A DNA stretch of 64,000 nt, taken from the NCBI GenBank assembly GCA_044228145.1, contig JBGAVL010000002.1, positions 15 to 64,014 on the forward strand, in the 5' to 3' direction. The position numbers and the translations under genes were made by a program. The notes under the pieces were generated by a model. That model was not told the origin of the DNA. It saw only the letters and a list, made by a program, of their open reading frames with translations, and did no database searches. Shown here one piece after another: positions 26,452 through 35,039 of the stretch (position 1 is the first letter of the stretch; every line of letters starts with the position of its first letter). The DNA comes from Candidatus Obscuribacteraceae bacterium (GTDB lineage Bacteria; Cyanobacteriota; Vampirovibrionia; Obscuribacterales; Obscuribacteraceae).

Positions 26452-26838
26452 TTATAGCGTGGGCGAGATTCTTTTCGGGCTCCATTTATCAATCATCGCC
26501 ATCAGTTCTTTGATCTGGTACGGCTTGCTCAGGTAGTCGTCCATTCCGGAGCTCAGACACCTGTCGCGGTCCTCTTTCTCCGCCCAGCCTGTGACTGCAA
26601 TGATGGGCTGGTGGCGCCCGGATTCCATCTGCCATTCTCGGCAGAGCCTCGTGCATTCAAAGCCGGTCACCCCGTTCAAGGTCAGGTCCATTATGATTAC
26701 GTCGAAATCTGAAGACTTGAGCAGTGACAAGGCAGAGAAGCAATCTCCCGCCGTCACAATCTCAATTCCCATACGTCTTGCAATGGCGCCGAACATGACT
26801 GCCGCTGCGAGGTCATCATCGATGGCTAGTACTCTCAT
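26452..26838 (-). CDS. single-domain response regulator (CheY-like receiver)
   Basis: MRVLAIDDD, DVIIMDLTLNGVTG, IIAVTG and DDYLSKP. 128 aa with no output domain. Confidence 0.9.
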   Translation of the reverse strand: MRVLAIDDDLAAAVMFGAIARRMGIEIVTAGDCFSALSLLKSSDFDVIIMDLTLNGVTGFECTRLCREWQMESGRHQPIIAVTGWAEKEDRDRCLSSGMDDYLSKPYQIKELMAMIDKWSPKRISPTL

Positions 26839-26982
26839 ACTGCTTAAAGCCGTACAATTCCAAGCCCACCTGATTTAGTACTATTTTGCCGCAAACTTCT
26901 CCGAAAGTCACGTTACTTCTGACTGCAAACACCCAATTGGATACCAAACTTCACTGCGACGGGCGGGTTAAGGACTTTGAGC

Positions 26983-27351
26983 CTAGGCCCGACGCGAGCC
27001 TTCCGTAAATCGATGCAGCAAATGAATGACCTTCGCGGAAGCGATGCCATCGCGCTGTTCCTTCGCCAGCAAGTGCTCCACGTCTGTAAGTATTATTCTC
27101 GGGCGGCTATCAATTGCCGTAAGTTGCAACTCACAGCTCATGCCGAGTGTTGCTGGATAATCCTCGATCGGCATCAAATTTGCAAAAGTCGCCTGAAATG
27201 GTGGTTCTAGCCCCTGTTTTTCATCGCTCCAGAGTTCTTTATATCGCAAAAAATTCTTTTCTGATACCTGTGCCCAGGCACCTATGCCCCAATACCTTTT
27301 ATCTTCCAAAACGGTCATATGAACAACGCCTCGGATAAGATACCTCTCCAT
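26983..27351 (-). CDS. DUF2199-like protein, possibly N-terminally truncated
   Basis: YLIRGVVHMTVLEDKRYWGIGAWAQVSEKNFLRYKELW resembles the DUF2199 core as I recall it. The longer ORF (to 27561) overlaps the 3' end of the upstream gene by about 170 nt, so the first non-overlapping ATG (27351) was taken. Confidence 0.4.
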   Translation of the reverse strand: MERYLIRGVVHMTVLEDKRYWGIGAWAQVSEKNFLRYKELWSDEKQGLEPPFQATFANLMPIEDYPATLGMSCELQLTAIDSRPRIILTDVEHLLAKEQRDGIASAKVIHLLHRFTEGSRRA

Positions 27352-27388
27352 GTCAATTACACAAATGTCCGAAGTATAGGCGCAGCGT

Positions 27389-28555
27389 TCAATAGAGATT
27401 TTTTGATTCCAAAATCGACTGCAACACGCCCATTTCGATTTCCTTGCAGAATGCAAATTGGCCGGAATACCCAACACCGCCTCTGGTCGTGGACATAACA
27501 CAGTGAGAGAGCGTCGGACCAACCGAATCGAAATCAAGCACTTGCACAGTCGCCGCAGCAAACTTCAGCTCATCACCTGGCTGTTTTGATATTGAAGACA
27601 AATCATACTCATTGGTTTGAATATACCCCTTAGCGGCACTAGCCTTCACCGATGAGCATGGTGCAATGACTTTATGTTTTTCATTGAGCAAACAAATGGT
27701 ATCGTCGGCGGTTACAATATCATCGGTCACTTCTGCGGTCAAACTCATTTTCTTCCCGGAATAAACCGCGCGAATTCGTGCCGAAAGATCGGTTGCACCT
27801 TTCCACGCCGGCTTTCCGGAGGTTACGTCATCTCGCCCAGCCAGCCTTATACTGTGCGCAGCGGGAATATTCAAAGCCTTTGCCGGTTCCACCGTGAGAA
27901 TGTAGAAACGTTGGGTCACGGGCTTTTTGGGCTTGGGACGTTCGTCTTCGTCATCACCTCCAAAGACCTCATTGCTGCAAGTTGCCAATCCAACCGTCGG
28001 ATCTACTTGAATGTGAGCGCCTCTTGCCTCACTGGAAACATAGGCTGTGTAATCAAGATCGATCGTTTTCAAACGATTGCCTTGCAATCGATATCGATAA
28101 TTGAATTGAGATCGATCGTTTGACCCAAACATCGTGCACAGTGCCAGCACGCCCTTCGAAACTTCCAGGCTTTGAAAGGCTTCACCGACGCCTGCTCCAC
28201 CGGAATTTGCCTCCGGAATGATATGCCAATCTGCCAGCACTCGGTGCAATTTGCCGTCCGCACCGCGCGTAGCGATGACGAGGCATCGCGGCGAATCAGG
28301 ATTCGTTTCGTCATCAACGCCCGGCTCGTCCACCAGAGCTAAAACAATTGCTGCGTCCTTCTTCTTGTCGCCGTTCAAATCTCCTTCGGCTGAAGACATA
28401 ACACTCCAGCCATCCGGCGCAAAGTCATCATTATTGGAGCCGACCAGCGCAATGCGCGGATGTTTTACATTACTGGCATTTATCGAATCAGCAAACGAGC
28501 CGAGAAAAACAGCTGCAAACGCGACAACAATGCCAATCGACAAACCGCACTTCAT
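27389..28555 (-). CDS. secreted hypothetical protein
   Basis: Signal peptide MKCGLSIGIVVAFAAVFLGSFADS. An FG-GAP-like stretch (GDLNGDKKKDAAIVLA) is present. The ATG overlaps the stop of the upstream ABM gene (ATGA). Confidence 0.6.
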   Translation of the reverse strand: MKCGLSIGIVVAFAAVFLGSFADSINASNVKHPRIALVGSNNDDFAPDGWSVMSSAEGDLNGDKKKDAAIVLALVDEPGVDDETNPDSPRCLVIATRGADGKLHRVLADWHIIPEANSGGAGVGEAFQSLEVSKGVLALCTMFGSNDRSQFNYRYRLQGNRLKTIDLDYTAYVSSEARGAHIQVDPTVGLATCSNEVFGGDDEDERPKPKKPVTQRFYILTVEPAKALNIPAAHSIRLAGRDDVTSGKPAWKGATDLSARIRAVYSGKKMSLTAEVTDDIVTADDTICLLNEKHKVIAPCSSVKASAAKGYIQTNEYDLSSISKQPGDELKFAAATVQVLDFDSVGPTLSHCVMSTTRGGVGYSGQFAFCKEIEMGVLQSILESKNLY

Positions 28556-28875
28556 TCCTGATCCAGCGTGCGAAACTTCCCGATCAGCAATTCACCATCT
28601 GTAAGTGCTTCGCAGCGTTTATCAATTGACTCGTAAGCCACCTTGTTGTCTTTGCGAAAACGCTCGTAGTCAAATTCAGAAGACCAATAGTCGAGAGTAA
28701 CATAGCGAGACATTTGTCCCACGTCTTTGATCACTTTGGTGCCCTGATATTTGTCGCTTGTTTTAAACAGCTCAGCCCAAATTCCATGATCGCCGTACTG
28801 CTCTTCAAAGTTTTCTTCTTGTCCCGGTTTTACTTGAAATTCCCAGACAACCACATAACTCGGCATATTCACCAT
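28552..28875 (-). CDS. antibiotic-biosynthesis-monooxygenase (ABM)/dimeric alpha-beta-barrel family protein
   Basis: 107 aa. YVVVWEFQVKPGQEENFEEQY..YVTLDYWSSEFDYERF is typical of ABM domains. Confidence 0.6.
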   Translation of the reverse strand: MVNMPSYVVVWEFQVKPGQEENFEEQYGDHGIWAELFKTSDKYQGTKVIKDVGQMSRYVTLDYWSSEFDYERFRKDNKVAYESIDKRCEALTDGELLIGKFRTLDQE

Positions 28876-28936
28876 ATCTCCAGACCCGGTCGTAGTGCGG
28901 TGATTGCATTATTACAAGCACCGCTTGGTAGTACAA

Positions 28937-29968
28937 CTAATACTCGATGACAGCGCGGAATCTTGCCTTTCCGCTCATCATGCACTCATAAGCTTTCTCA
29001 ACATCCTTGAAGGGAAAACGTTCAAGCATCGGACGAATACCAGTGAGTGCGCAGAATTGCATGCACTCCTCTGAATCTTTTGCAGAACCGCTCGGCCAGC
29101 CCATAATCGATTTGCGCCCACCGATCAGTTGCGCTGGCGACACATCAAACGACTCTATCCCAGCGCCGACGACCAAAAGTTTTCCACCAAGGCACAAACC
29201 TTCGACTGTAGGCGACATGGCTTTTGTACTTGTCACAGTTGCAAGAACGACTTTTGCGCCCCCCAGCCTTTTAAGCTCTGCGGCTACATCCTGGCTCTCA
29301 GAATCAATGTATTGATGAGCGCCAAGCTCAAGCGACATCCTTTTCTTGTCCTGCCCTCGTGCGATTGCGATTGTGTGAAAACCCATTTTGTTTGCAAATT
29401 GCACACCGAGATGTCCGAGCCCGCCAACTCCCAGCACCGCGACAACATCTCCGGGCTGCGCACCGGCATGGCGCAGCGCATTGAAAGTCGTCACTCCCGC
29501 ACACATCAAGGGTGCCGCTTCAGACGACGTGAGCTTTTCAGGGACCATAGCGCAAACAAGTTCTGAAAACGTGGCGTACTCCGCATAACCACCCGACATC
29601 GAAATACCAGGAGTCAAGAGCTTTTCGCAGGCAATGAAATCGCCGCTGCGGCAATTGTTGCAGACCTGGCAGTGCCAGCCGTGCCAGCCCACACCAACTC
29701 TGTCTCCCTTCTTCAGGCGTTTTGCATCGGGTCCAACTTCCTCGACGATGCCGACAATTTCGTGACCCGGAATGACGGGATAAACCAATCCAGGAAAGTG
29801 TCCATGATGCGGAAAGCTGTCGCTGTGGCAAATGCCGCAAGCCTGCACCTTTAGCATGACCTCATTACCGGTCGGGCTCTTGCGCTCGATTGCTCCAATT
29901 TTGAAGCCTTTATTCGGCTCAGTAACTTGAGCAGCCTGCATGAGGCTCTTTGATGTGTCCACTGTCAC
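28937..29968 (-). CDS. zinc-dependent alcohol dehydrogenase (MDR family)
   Basis: CGICHSD, GHEIVGIVEEVG, structural-Zn Cys cluster CQVCNNCRSGDFIAC and the NAD fold VLGVGGLGHLGVQFA. ATG 29941 (MQAAQV) is an alternative start. Confidence 0.93.
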   Translation of the reverse strand: MTVDTSKSLMQAAQVTEPNKGFKIGAIERKSPTGNEVMLKVQACGICHSDSFPHHGHFPGLVYPVIPGHEIVGIVEEVGPDAKRLKKGDRVGVGWHGWHCQVCNNCRSGDFIACEKLLTPGISMSGGYAEYATFSELVCAMVPEKLTSSEAAPLMCAGVTTFNALRHAGAQPGDVVAVLGVGGLGHLGVQFANKMGFHTIAIARGQDKKRMSLELGAHQYIDSESQDVAAELKRLGGAKVVLATVTSTKAMSPTVEGLCLGGKLLVVGAGIESFDVSPAQLIGGRKSIMGWPSGSAKDSEECMQFCALTGIRPMLERFPFKDVEKAYECMMSGKARFRAVIEY

Positions 29969-30189
29969 GATGCATCTCTCCTCTTCATGCCGACGCCAAC
30001 CGCCAGAATCGTCAATTATACGAGCCCTGGCATCACCAAGCCGAGTTTCTAATCTATCTCCTCAGTTGACAAGCAATCGATGCCGCACACCGCTAGCATT
30101 ACGCTAATGATTCGGCATCCGTAACAAATGTAAGATAATGAAGTGTGATGAGCTGTTTAGCCAGCCAAAGCGAACAAAGGAGCACGAGC

Positions 30190-30834
30190 ATGCCGGCTCG
30201 CCCAAGTGAATTGTATGTCTCCGTTGAGGAATATCTTGCCAGCGAAGAGCGCAGCACGATTCGTCACGAGTATGTAGACGGCCGTCTGTTCGCAATGGCA
30301 GACTCGACCTTGAAGCACAATATTTTGTCTGGGAACCTCTTTTCACTTCTTCACGCGAGAGCAAAAGGTGGGCCATGCAGAGTCTTTGTTCATGCGATAA
30401 AAGTGCGCGTCGAAGCTACCAACAGCTTCTATTACCCTGACATTATGGTTGCATGCTCACCATTCGATGAGGATGCCGTTTTCACTGATCAACCTGTACT
30501 TCTGGTGGAGATCCTGTCGCCATCAACATCTGCAATAGATCGACGAGAAAAACTAATTGCATACAAGCAGATACCGTCACTGAAGGAATATCTGATCGTG
30601 CATCAGCGCAAGCGGTGCGTTGAGATCTATAGTCGGGACGAAACAGGTATTTGGAGCATTTGTGAGCTCGCGACCGGCAAAGTTTTCGAAATCTGCTCTG
30701 TCCCAGGCGTTCCGATTCGAGTTTCTATGGATGACTTATATGCGGATGCTGATGGTGAAGGCGCTACCACGCCAGAAGTGACAGAGGACGAGACTGATTA
30801 CAGCTGGATGGACGAGTCTGAATCGGAAGAGTGA
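30190..30834 (+). CDS. Uma2-family (DUF820) endonuclease with acidic C-terminal tail
   Basis: VSVEEYLASEE..HEYVDGRLFAM, YPDIMVAC and LLVEILSPSTSAIDRREKLIAYKQIPSLKEYLIVHQ. ATG 30190 preceded by AAGGAG. Confidence 0.85.
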   Translation: MPARPSELYVSVEEYLASEERSTIRHEYVDGRLFAMADSTLKHNILSGNLFSLLHARAKGGPCRVFVHAIKVRVEATNSFYYPDIMVACSPFDEDAVFTDQPVLLVEILSPSTSAIDRREKLIAYKQIPSLKEYLIVHQRKRCVEIYSRDETGIWSICELATGKVFEICSVPGVPIRVSMDDLYADADGEGATTPEVTEDETDYSWMDESESEE

Positions 30835-31832
30835 GCAAACGCATTTATTCGAAGAAATCCGAGAAGCTGGCAGACCATGCCTACGATGCATTCCGAGCCG
30901 GAAGATGGCTTGAGCTTCACGAAATCCGTCTGCTAGAGGAGAAGCTTCGCCAAGATCATAGCGACGTACTAACACGGTGCACGTTGCTGGGCTATTACAG
31001 CGAAGAAGCTCACGAACAACCATCAGAGGCCTGGTGTACGCACGCAGAGTGGGTTATTAAGAATTGCCCAGACGAGAAACTTGTTTGGGTGCTTTTGGGG
31101 GTGCCGGACAACGTTACAGACGAGCAATACGAGCATTTGAAAGAATGCTTTTTAGAGAAGGTAAAGCGCAATCCAAAAAACGCAAATGTCGCTGGAAATG
31201 CTGCAAGATTTTGTGGGCGAAGAGATTCGAAACTGGCTGAGAAGCTCTATAAGAAAGCAAAGAAACTTGCACCGAACGATGAGCGTTGGAGTCTAAGACT
31301 ATGCCAAATGTGCGTAAGAAACGCACGCATGCAAAAAGAAACAAAAGTGACAGCAGTCGCTTTCAAGCAAGGACTCAAGTTTGTAAGAAAATTTGAGAAT
31401 TTTGCTCACCGTATCGAAATCTACGATCTGTTGCGCATGCTCTTCGATCTGGCGATAGACCTGGATGAACTGGATATGGCCAAAAAGTTGTTCAAGAAAA
31501 TTAAACGCACTGATCTCAGCAAAGAATGGCCGGAAGAAACTCATTACAAAGCCTGTAGACTGGCAATAAAGGAAGGTCGAATTAAGCGTGCTAAAAGTCA
31601 GCTGTTGAAATTTGGGAAGGCGGGACCATGTCCTGACAGGTTCGATTTAGCCCAGCAAATACTTGAAGCTGGCGAGGTAGAAACTGTAAGGGATTACCTG
31701 GGCATTGTTCTCGACAAGATTCCAGAATCCCAAAGAGACAGAGCAAAGTACGTGAGTAAGTGGATTAAACAATTGAACGATGGACAGACCGTTGAACTAG
31801 TTTTTCCGAAAAGACAAATACAACATAACTAG
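30831..31832 (+). CDS. hypothetical helical-repeat (TPR-like) protein
   Basis: 333 codons. GTG start overlaps the Uma2 stop (GTGA). All-helical, Lys/Glu-rich repeats. No family recognised. Confidence 0.5.
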   Translation: MSKRIYSKKSEKLADHAYDAFRAGRWLELHEIRLLEEKLRQDHSDVLTRCTLLGYYSEEAHEQPSEAWCTHAEWVIKNCPDEKLVWVLLGVPDNVTDEQYEHLKECFLEKVKRNPKNANVAGNAARFCGRRDSKLAEKLYKKAKKLAPNDERWSLRLCQMCVRNARMQKETKVTAVAFKQGLKFVRKFENFAHRIEIYDLLRMLFDLAIDLDELDMAKKLFKKIKRTDLSKEWPEETHYKACRLAIKEGRIKRAKSQLLKFGKAGPCPDRFDLAQQILEAGEVETVRDYLGIVLDKIPESQRDRAKYVSKWIKQLNDGQTVELVFPKRQIQHN

Positions 31833-31879
31833 AACCTCGCCAGCCTGCTTTTCAGTCTTTCATGTGCCGCTTTTGCCGC

Positions 31880-31911
31880 GGTCACGTTTCGGTCATCTTA
31901 GCCCGTATGAT
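31880..31911 (+). promoter_or_regulatory. GGTCA-N6-GGTCA direct repeat plus -10 box (TATGAT); putative OmpR/PhoB-type activator site
   Basis: GGTCACGTTTCGGTCAT at 31880-31896 and TATGAT at 31906-31911, with ATG at 31965. A near-identical element lies at 34959-34991. Confidence 0.45.
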
Positions 31912-31964
31912 GCAATCGTCCCCCCCCGATTCATACACGAACCCTCGCCACGCAGGACGATACT

Positions 31965-32315
31965 ATGCATAACCTTGAAACTCAGCAAGCCAAAGATTTC
32001 GCACCCACTGCTTACAATTTTGCGGAATCAGAAAACCCCCTGTACACACAAGCAAAAGCACTCTTAGACAACCGTTCGATGCAGTCTCAAATCGACTCTG
32101 CAAACCTAGTCGAGAAAGGAATCCTGAACAACTTCTCGATCGGCAACGAGGGAAAACCGGTGCAGTTGGCTGAAGCTTACACCAAAGAGAACGCACCTGT
32201 GCCAATAAAAATACTCCCGCCCGGGCCTCGTCCAAAGGAACAAGTTAGACAACCAATGGATGGTGCACCAATAGGACCAGGCTCCAAACAAGCCGTACCG
32301 AGACGCTATGAATAG
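31965..32315 (+). CDS. small hypothetical protein
   Basis: 116-codon ORF downstream of the direct-repeat promoter. Pro-rich C-terminus. No family recognised. Confidence 0.4.
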   Translation: MHNLETQQAKDFAPTAYNFAESENPLYTQAKALLDNRSMQSQIDSANLVEKGILNNFSIGNEGKPVQLAEAYTKENAPVPIKILPPGPRPKEQVRQPMDGAPIGPGSKQAVPRRYE

Positions 32316-32460
32316 CATGCCTTAAAGCGTGAGCTTATCTCTGAAATTGCGATTGGCATTTCGATAAAGGTGCCTACATCGATCCATCACTGTCCATTGA
32401 AAAAGTTGAATCGCACATAGTCTTGGTTCGCTCTACCAGCGCGTGAACTGCAAGGGAGGG

Positions 32461-33141
32461 CTATGTACGAAAACGATAGCCGACGCGGCGGATTGTTTCA
32501 ATCATCGATTGAGACTCATCGTCAGCGTCGTCTATCTTTTTTCGAATTCTTTTGATGGCTGTCCGCAAACCGTCCAAAGTGGCGTCCGCATCTGAATTCC
32601 AGGCACGAGTCAAAAGGGCTTCAGGGCTGAAAACTTCATCAGGGTATCGCATGAAAAGTTCCAGTAGCGCAAAATCCTGAGGCAAGAGATGCAACTCGCC
32701 ACCGTTTTTGGTGACGCGATGTTTCTGCGGATCAAGCTCCAATCCATTTTTCGCTCGCAAAGTATTGGATGGGGCAGCAGCGGGTCTTCGCAATAAAGCG
32801 CGCACCCTGACCGCTAGTTCCCTCATATCAAAAGGTTTTGTGAGATAGTCATCTGCACCAGAGTCAAATCCCACCACCTTTTCATCAATCAACGCCCTGG
32901 CGGTGAGCATGACGATTGGTGTCTTGCCTCCGTTCCCTCGAAAAGCTCGGCAAACTTCGACGCCATCCATACCTGGCAAATTCCAATCAAGTACGATGGC
33001 GTCGTACTGGTTGACCTTCAAAAGGCTAATCGCGTCCGACCCGTTGTCGACAGCATCGACATGGAAGCGCTCATTCTGAAACCAATCGACTATCATTGAC
33101 GACAAAGTCTCGTCGTCTTCCACAATTAAGATTTTCGCCAT
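32461..33141 (-). CDS. OmpR/PhoB-family response regulator (receiver plus winged-helix)
   Basis: MAKILIVEDDETL, AIVLDWNLPGMDG, ADDYLTKPF, C-terminal LTKNGGELHLLPQDFALLELF..VGYRF. Start set at ATG 33141. Confidence 0.93.
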   Translation of the reverse strand: MAKILIVEDDETLSSMIVDWFQNERFHVDAVDNGSDAISLLKVNQYDAIVLDWNLPGMDGVEVCRAFRGNGGKTPIVMLTARALIDEKVVGFDSGADDYLTKPFDMRELAVRVRALLRRPAAAPSNTLRAKNGLELDPQKHRVTKNGGELHLLPQDFALLELFMRYPDEVFSPEALLTRAWNSDADATLDGLRTAIKRIRKKIDDADDESQSMIETIRRVGYRFRT

Positions 33142-33207
33142 TACTCGATGTACCGGACAAGCATTAAGACTATGCCCTGGGAACAATGTACTAAACCACC
33201 ACTATAG

Positions 33208-33903
33208 ATGCCTATGGGATTCAAGATTTCGCTCACTGCAAAAGTTGTGATTCTGTGCATCGTGCCGCTTCTGTTTCAACTCGGCTTACTTATCAGTCTC
33301 GAAAACTTTCTGACTCAATCAGAAGCTGACGTCGATCGGGCGATAAAAGCGCGCGCAATTTCCGACACCATCAATCAACTGGCGCACGACATTCTAGAAA
33401 TTCAGTCGATGTTCGGAAGTGAGATACGGCTGATAACGACAACTCCTTCGGAGAACGAGTTCCTTGCCGAGCTTCAGCGTTTGCGCGCAGACTATCGCAA
33501 GTTAAGGACACTGGTAGGCAATGATCGAGCGAGATTGGAAGTCATTCAAAAATCAGAGGAAAATGCAGAGCGCGCATTTACTCTGTTTCTCAAAGTGCAA
33601 AAATCAATAAACGCAGGAGGCGAGCAAAGCAGGAAGGAGCGCGAACCTCTCTGGTTAGCGTTGCACGACTGCGCAACAAACATAATGTCGAGTGAACTGG
33701 TTGAGATTGGAAAGAATGAGAAAGCTCAGCTCGACAAGATTCCAGAAGTACAGGAAGAGTATCGAGCGAAGATACGACAGCTGGTTTATGCAGGCACTGG
33801 AGTCATCCTCTTGCTTGCTTCGATTCTGACGGTTTTTCTGACGCGTTCAACACAGACGAGCTGGCATCTCTGGATGCCTCATTTCACAATATGGCTCAAC
33901 TGA
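33208..33903 (+). CDS. sensor histidine kinase, N-terminal sensor fragment (TM1 - periplasmic helical domain - TM2), reading frame breaks after TM2
   Basis: TM1 is VVILCIVPLLFQLGLLISL and TM2 is GTGVILLLASILTVFL. A 20-codon nonsense-like tail follows (RSTQTSWHLWMPHFTIWLN). See the frameshift finding. Confidence 0.7.
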   Translation: MPMGFKISLTAKVVILCIVPLLFQLGLLISLENFLTQSEADVDRAIKARAISDTINQLAHDILEIQSMFGSEIRLITTTPSENEFLAELQRLRADYRKLRTLVGNDRARLEVIQKSEENAERAFTLFLKVQKSINAGGEQSRKEREPLWLALHDCATNIMSSELVEIGKNEKAQLDKIPEVQEEYRAKIRQLVYAGTGVILLLASILTVFLTRSTQTSWHLWMPHFTIWLN

Positions 33904-34937
33904 TGAGAGAGTCAATCAAAAATGAACAGGCAGTTTTGGAAAACGCCAGAGATTGCATTTGCTCCATTGATGAAGTCGGCTCGATTACACGCGCGAATCC
34001 TGCCTGTTCGACGATGTTCAACCTCGACCATGAAGAGCTTTTGGGCAGAAGATTTATCGATTTGGTTGATGATGCAGACAGTGAGAAAGCTCATTCTTTC
34101 ATGCTGAGACAAAAGTCTGGAGAGTTAAGCGATAACCTCGAAGTAAGAATGAATCGTCGAAATGGTCCCGCACTCGATACCTTATGGTCGGCGCAATGGT
34201 CGCAAGAGCAAAAGGCCTGGTTTTGCGTAATTCGAGATCAAAGCGAGCGCATTCAAGCAGAGCGGATGAAACAAGACGTTATGGCGATGGTGACACACGA
34301 TCTGCGTGTTCCCCTGTCCATAATCCAGAATTTCTTGAAGTTTATCGAAGAGGGATATTATGGAAGCGTGAACGAAAGAGGACAAAAATTTCTTCTCGGT
34401 ACGCAAAGAAATTGCAGCAAGATGCTTGATTTGACGAACGATCTACTTGACGCAGAGAAGATCAAGTCCGGAATGATGAAAATTGAGAAAGAAGAAATTG
34501 ATCTTGCGGAAGTCGTAAAGCAAAGCGTGGAACTTTTGCAGGCTGCGGCCGAAGACCTTAACGTCAAATTGGTCTGTAAAGCGCAGCCAGTCATCTTGCA
34601 GGCTGATCCAAAACTGATCGCTAGAACCGTTACTAATCTGGTTTCAAATGCCATCGCATATTCGCCGCGCGATGGCGTCGTAGAAGTAAGATCGGACAAG
34701 CAAGGTGAAACAGCTTGCGTTTCAGTCACAGACTCAGGGCCGGGCATTCCCAAAGATCAGCTCGAGAAAATCTTCGAGCGCTTCCACCAGGTTTCAGACA
34801 AAGCGGCAAAACGAACTGGTGGCTCCGGGCTTGGCTTGTCAATCTGCAAGCTGATAGTCGAGCTGCACGAAGGCAAAATCTGGGTGGAAAGCGAAGAAGG
34901 AAAAGGAAGTACTTTTTCGTTTTCGCTGCCAGCGTGA
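33891..34937 (+). CDS. sensor histidine kinase, C-terminal PAS - HisKA - HATPase_c part
   Basis: PAS-like ENARDCICSIDEVGSITRANPACSTMFN, H-box MVTHDLRVPLS, N/G boxes NLVSNAIAYSP, DSGPGIP and GGSGLGLSICK. The same frame stays open upstream to 33720 and there encodes the HAMP AS2-like DELASLDASFHNMAQ. Confidence 0.85.
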   Translation: MAQLMRESIKNEQAVLENARDCICSIDEVGSITRANPACSTMFNLDHEELLGRRFIDLVDDADSEKAHSFMLRQKSGELSDNLEVRMNRRNGPALDTLWSAQWSQEQKAWFCVIRDQSERIQAERMKQDVMAMVTHDLRVPLSIIQNFLKFIEEGYYGSVNERGQKFLLGTQRNCSKMLDLTNDLLDAEKIKSGMMKIEKEEIDLAEVVKQSVELLQAAAEDLNVKLVCKAQPVILQADPKLIARTVTNLVSNAIAYSPRDGVVEVRSDKQGETACVSVTDSGPGIPKDQLEKIFERFHQVSDKAAKRTGGSGLGLSICKLIVELHEGKIWVESEEGKGSTFSFSLPA

Positions 34938-34958
34938 AACAGTAGACATCCACAACTC

Positions 34959-34991
34959 GGTCACGTTACGGTCATGCATAGCCAATACTAT
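34959..34991 (+). promoter_or_regulatory. GGTCA-N6-GGTCA direct repeat plus -10 box (TACTAT); second copy of the putative activator site
   Basis: GGTCACGTTACGGTCAT at 34959-34975 and TACTAT at 34986-34991, with ATG at 35040. The geometry matches the copy at 31880. Confidence 0.45.
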
Positions 34992-35039
34992 CGGCGCGTG
35001 AATAAATGGCGATGACTCAAATTGCAGGAGAAAGTTAAC

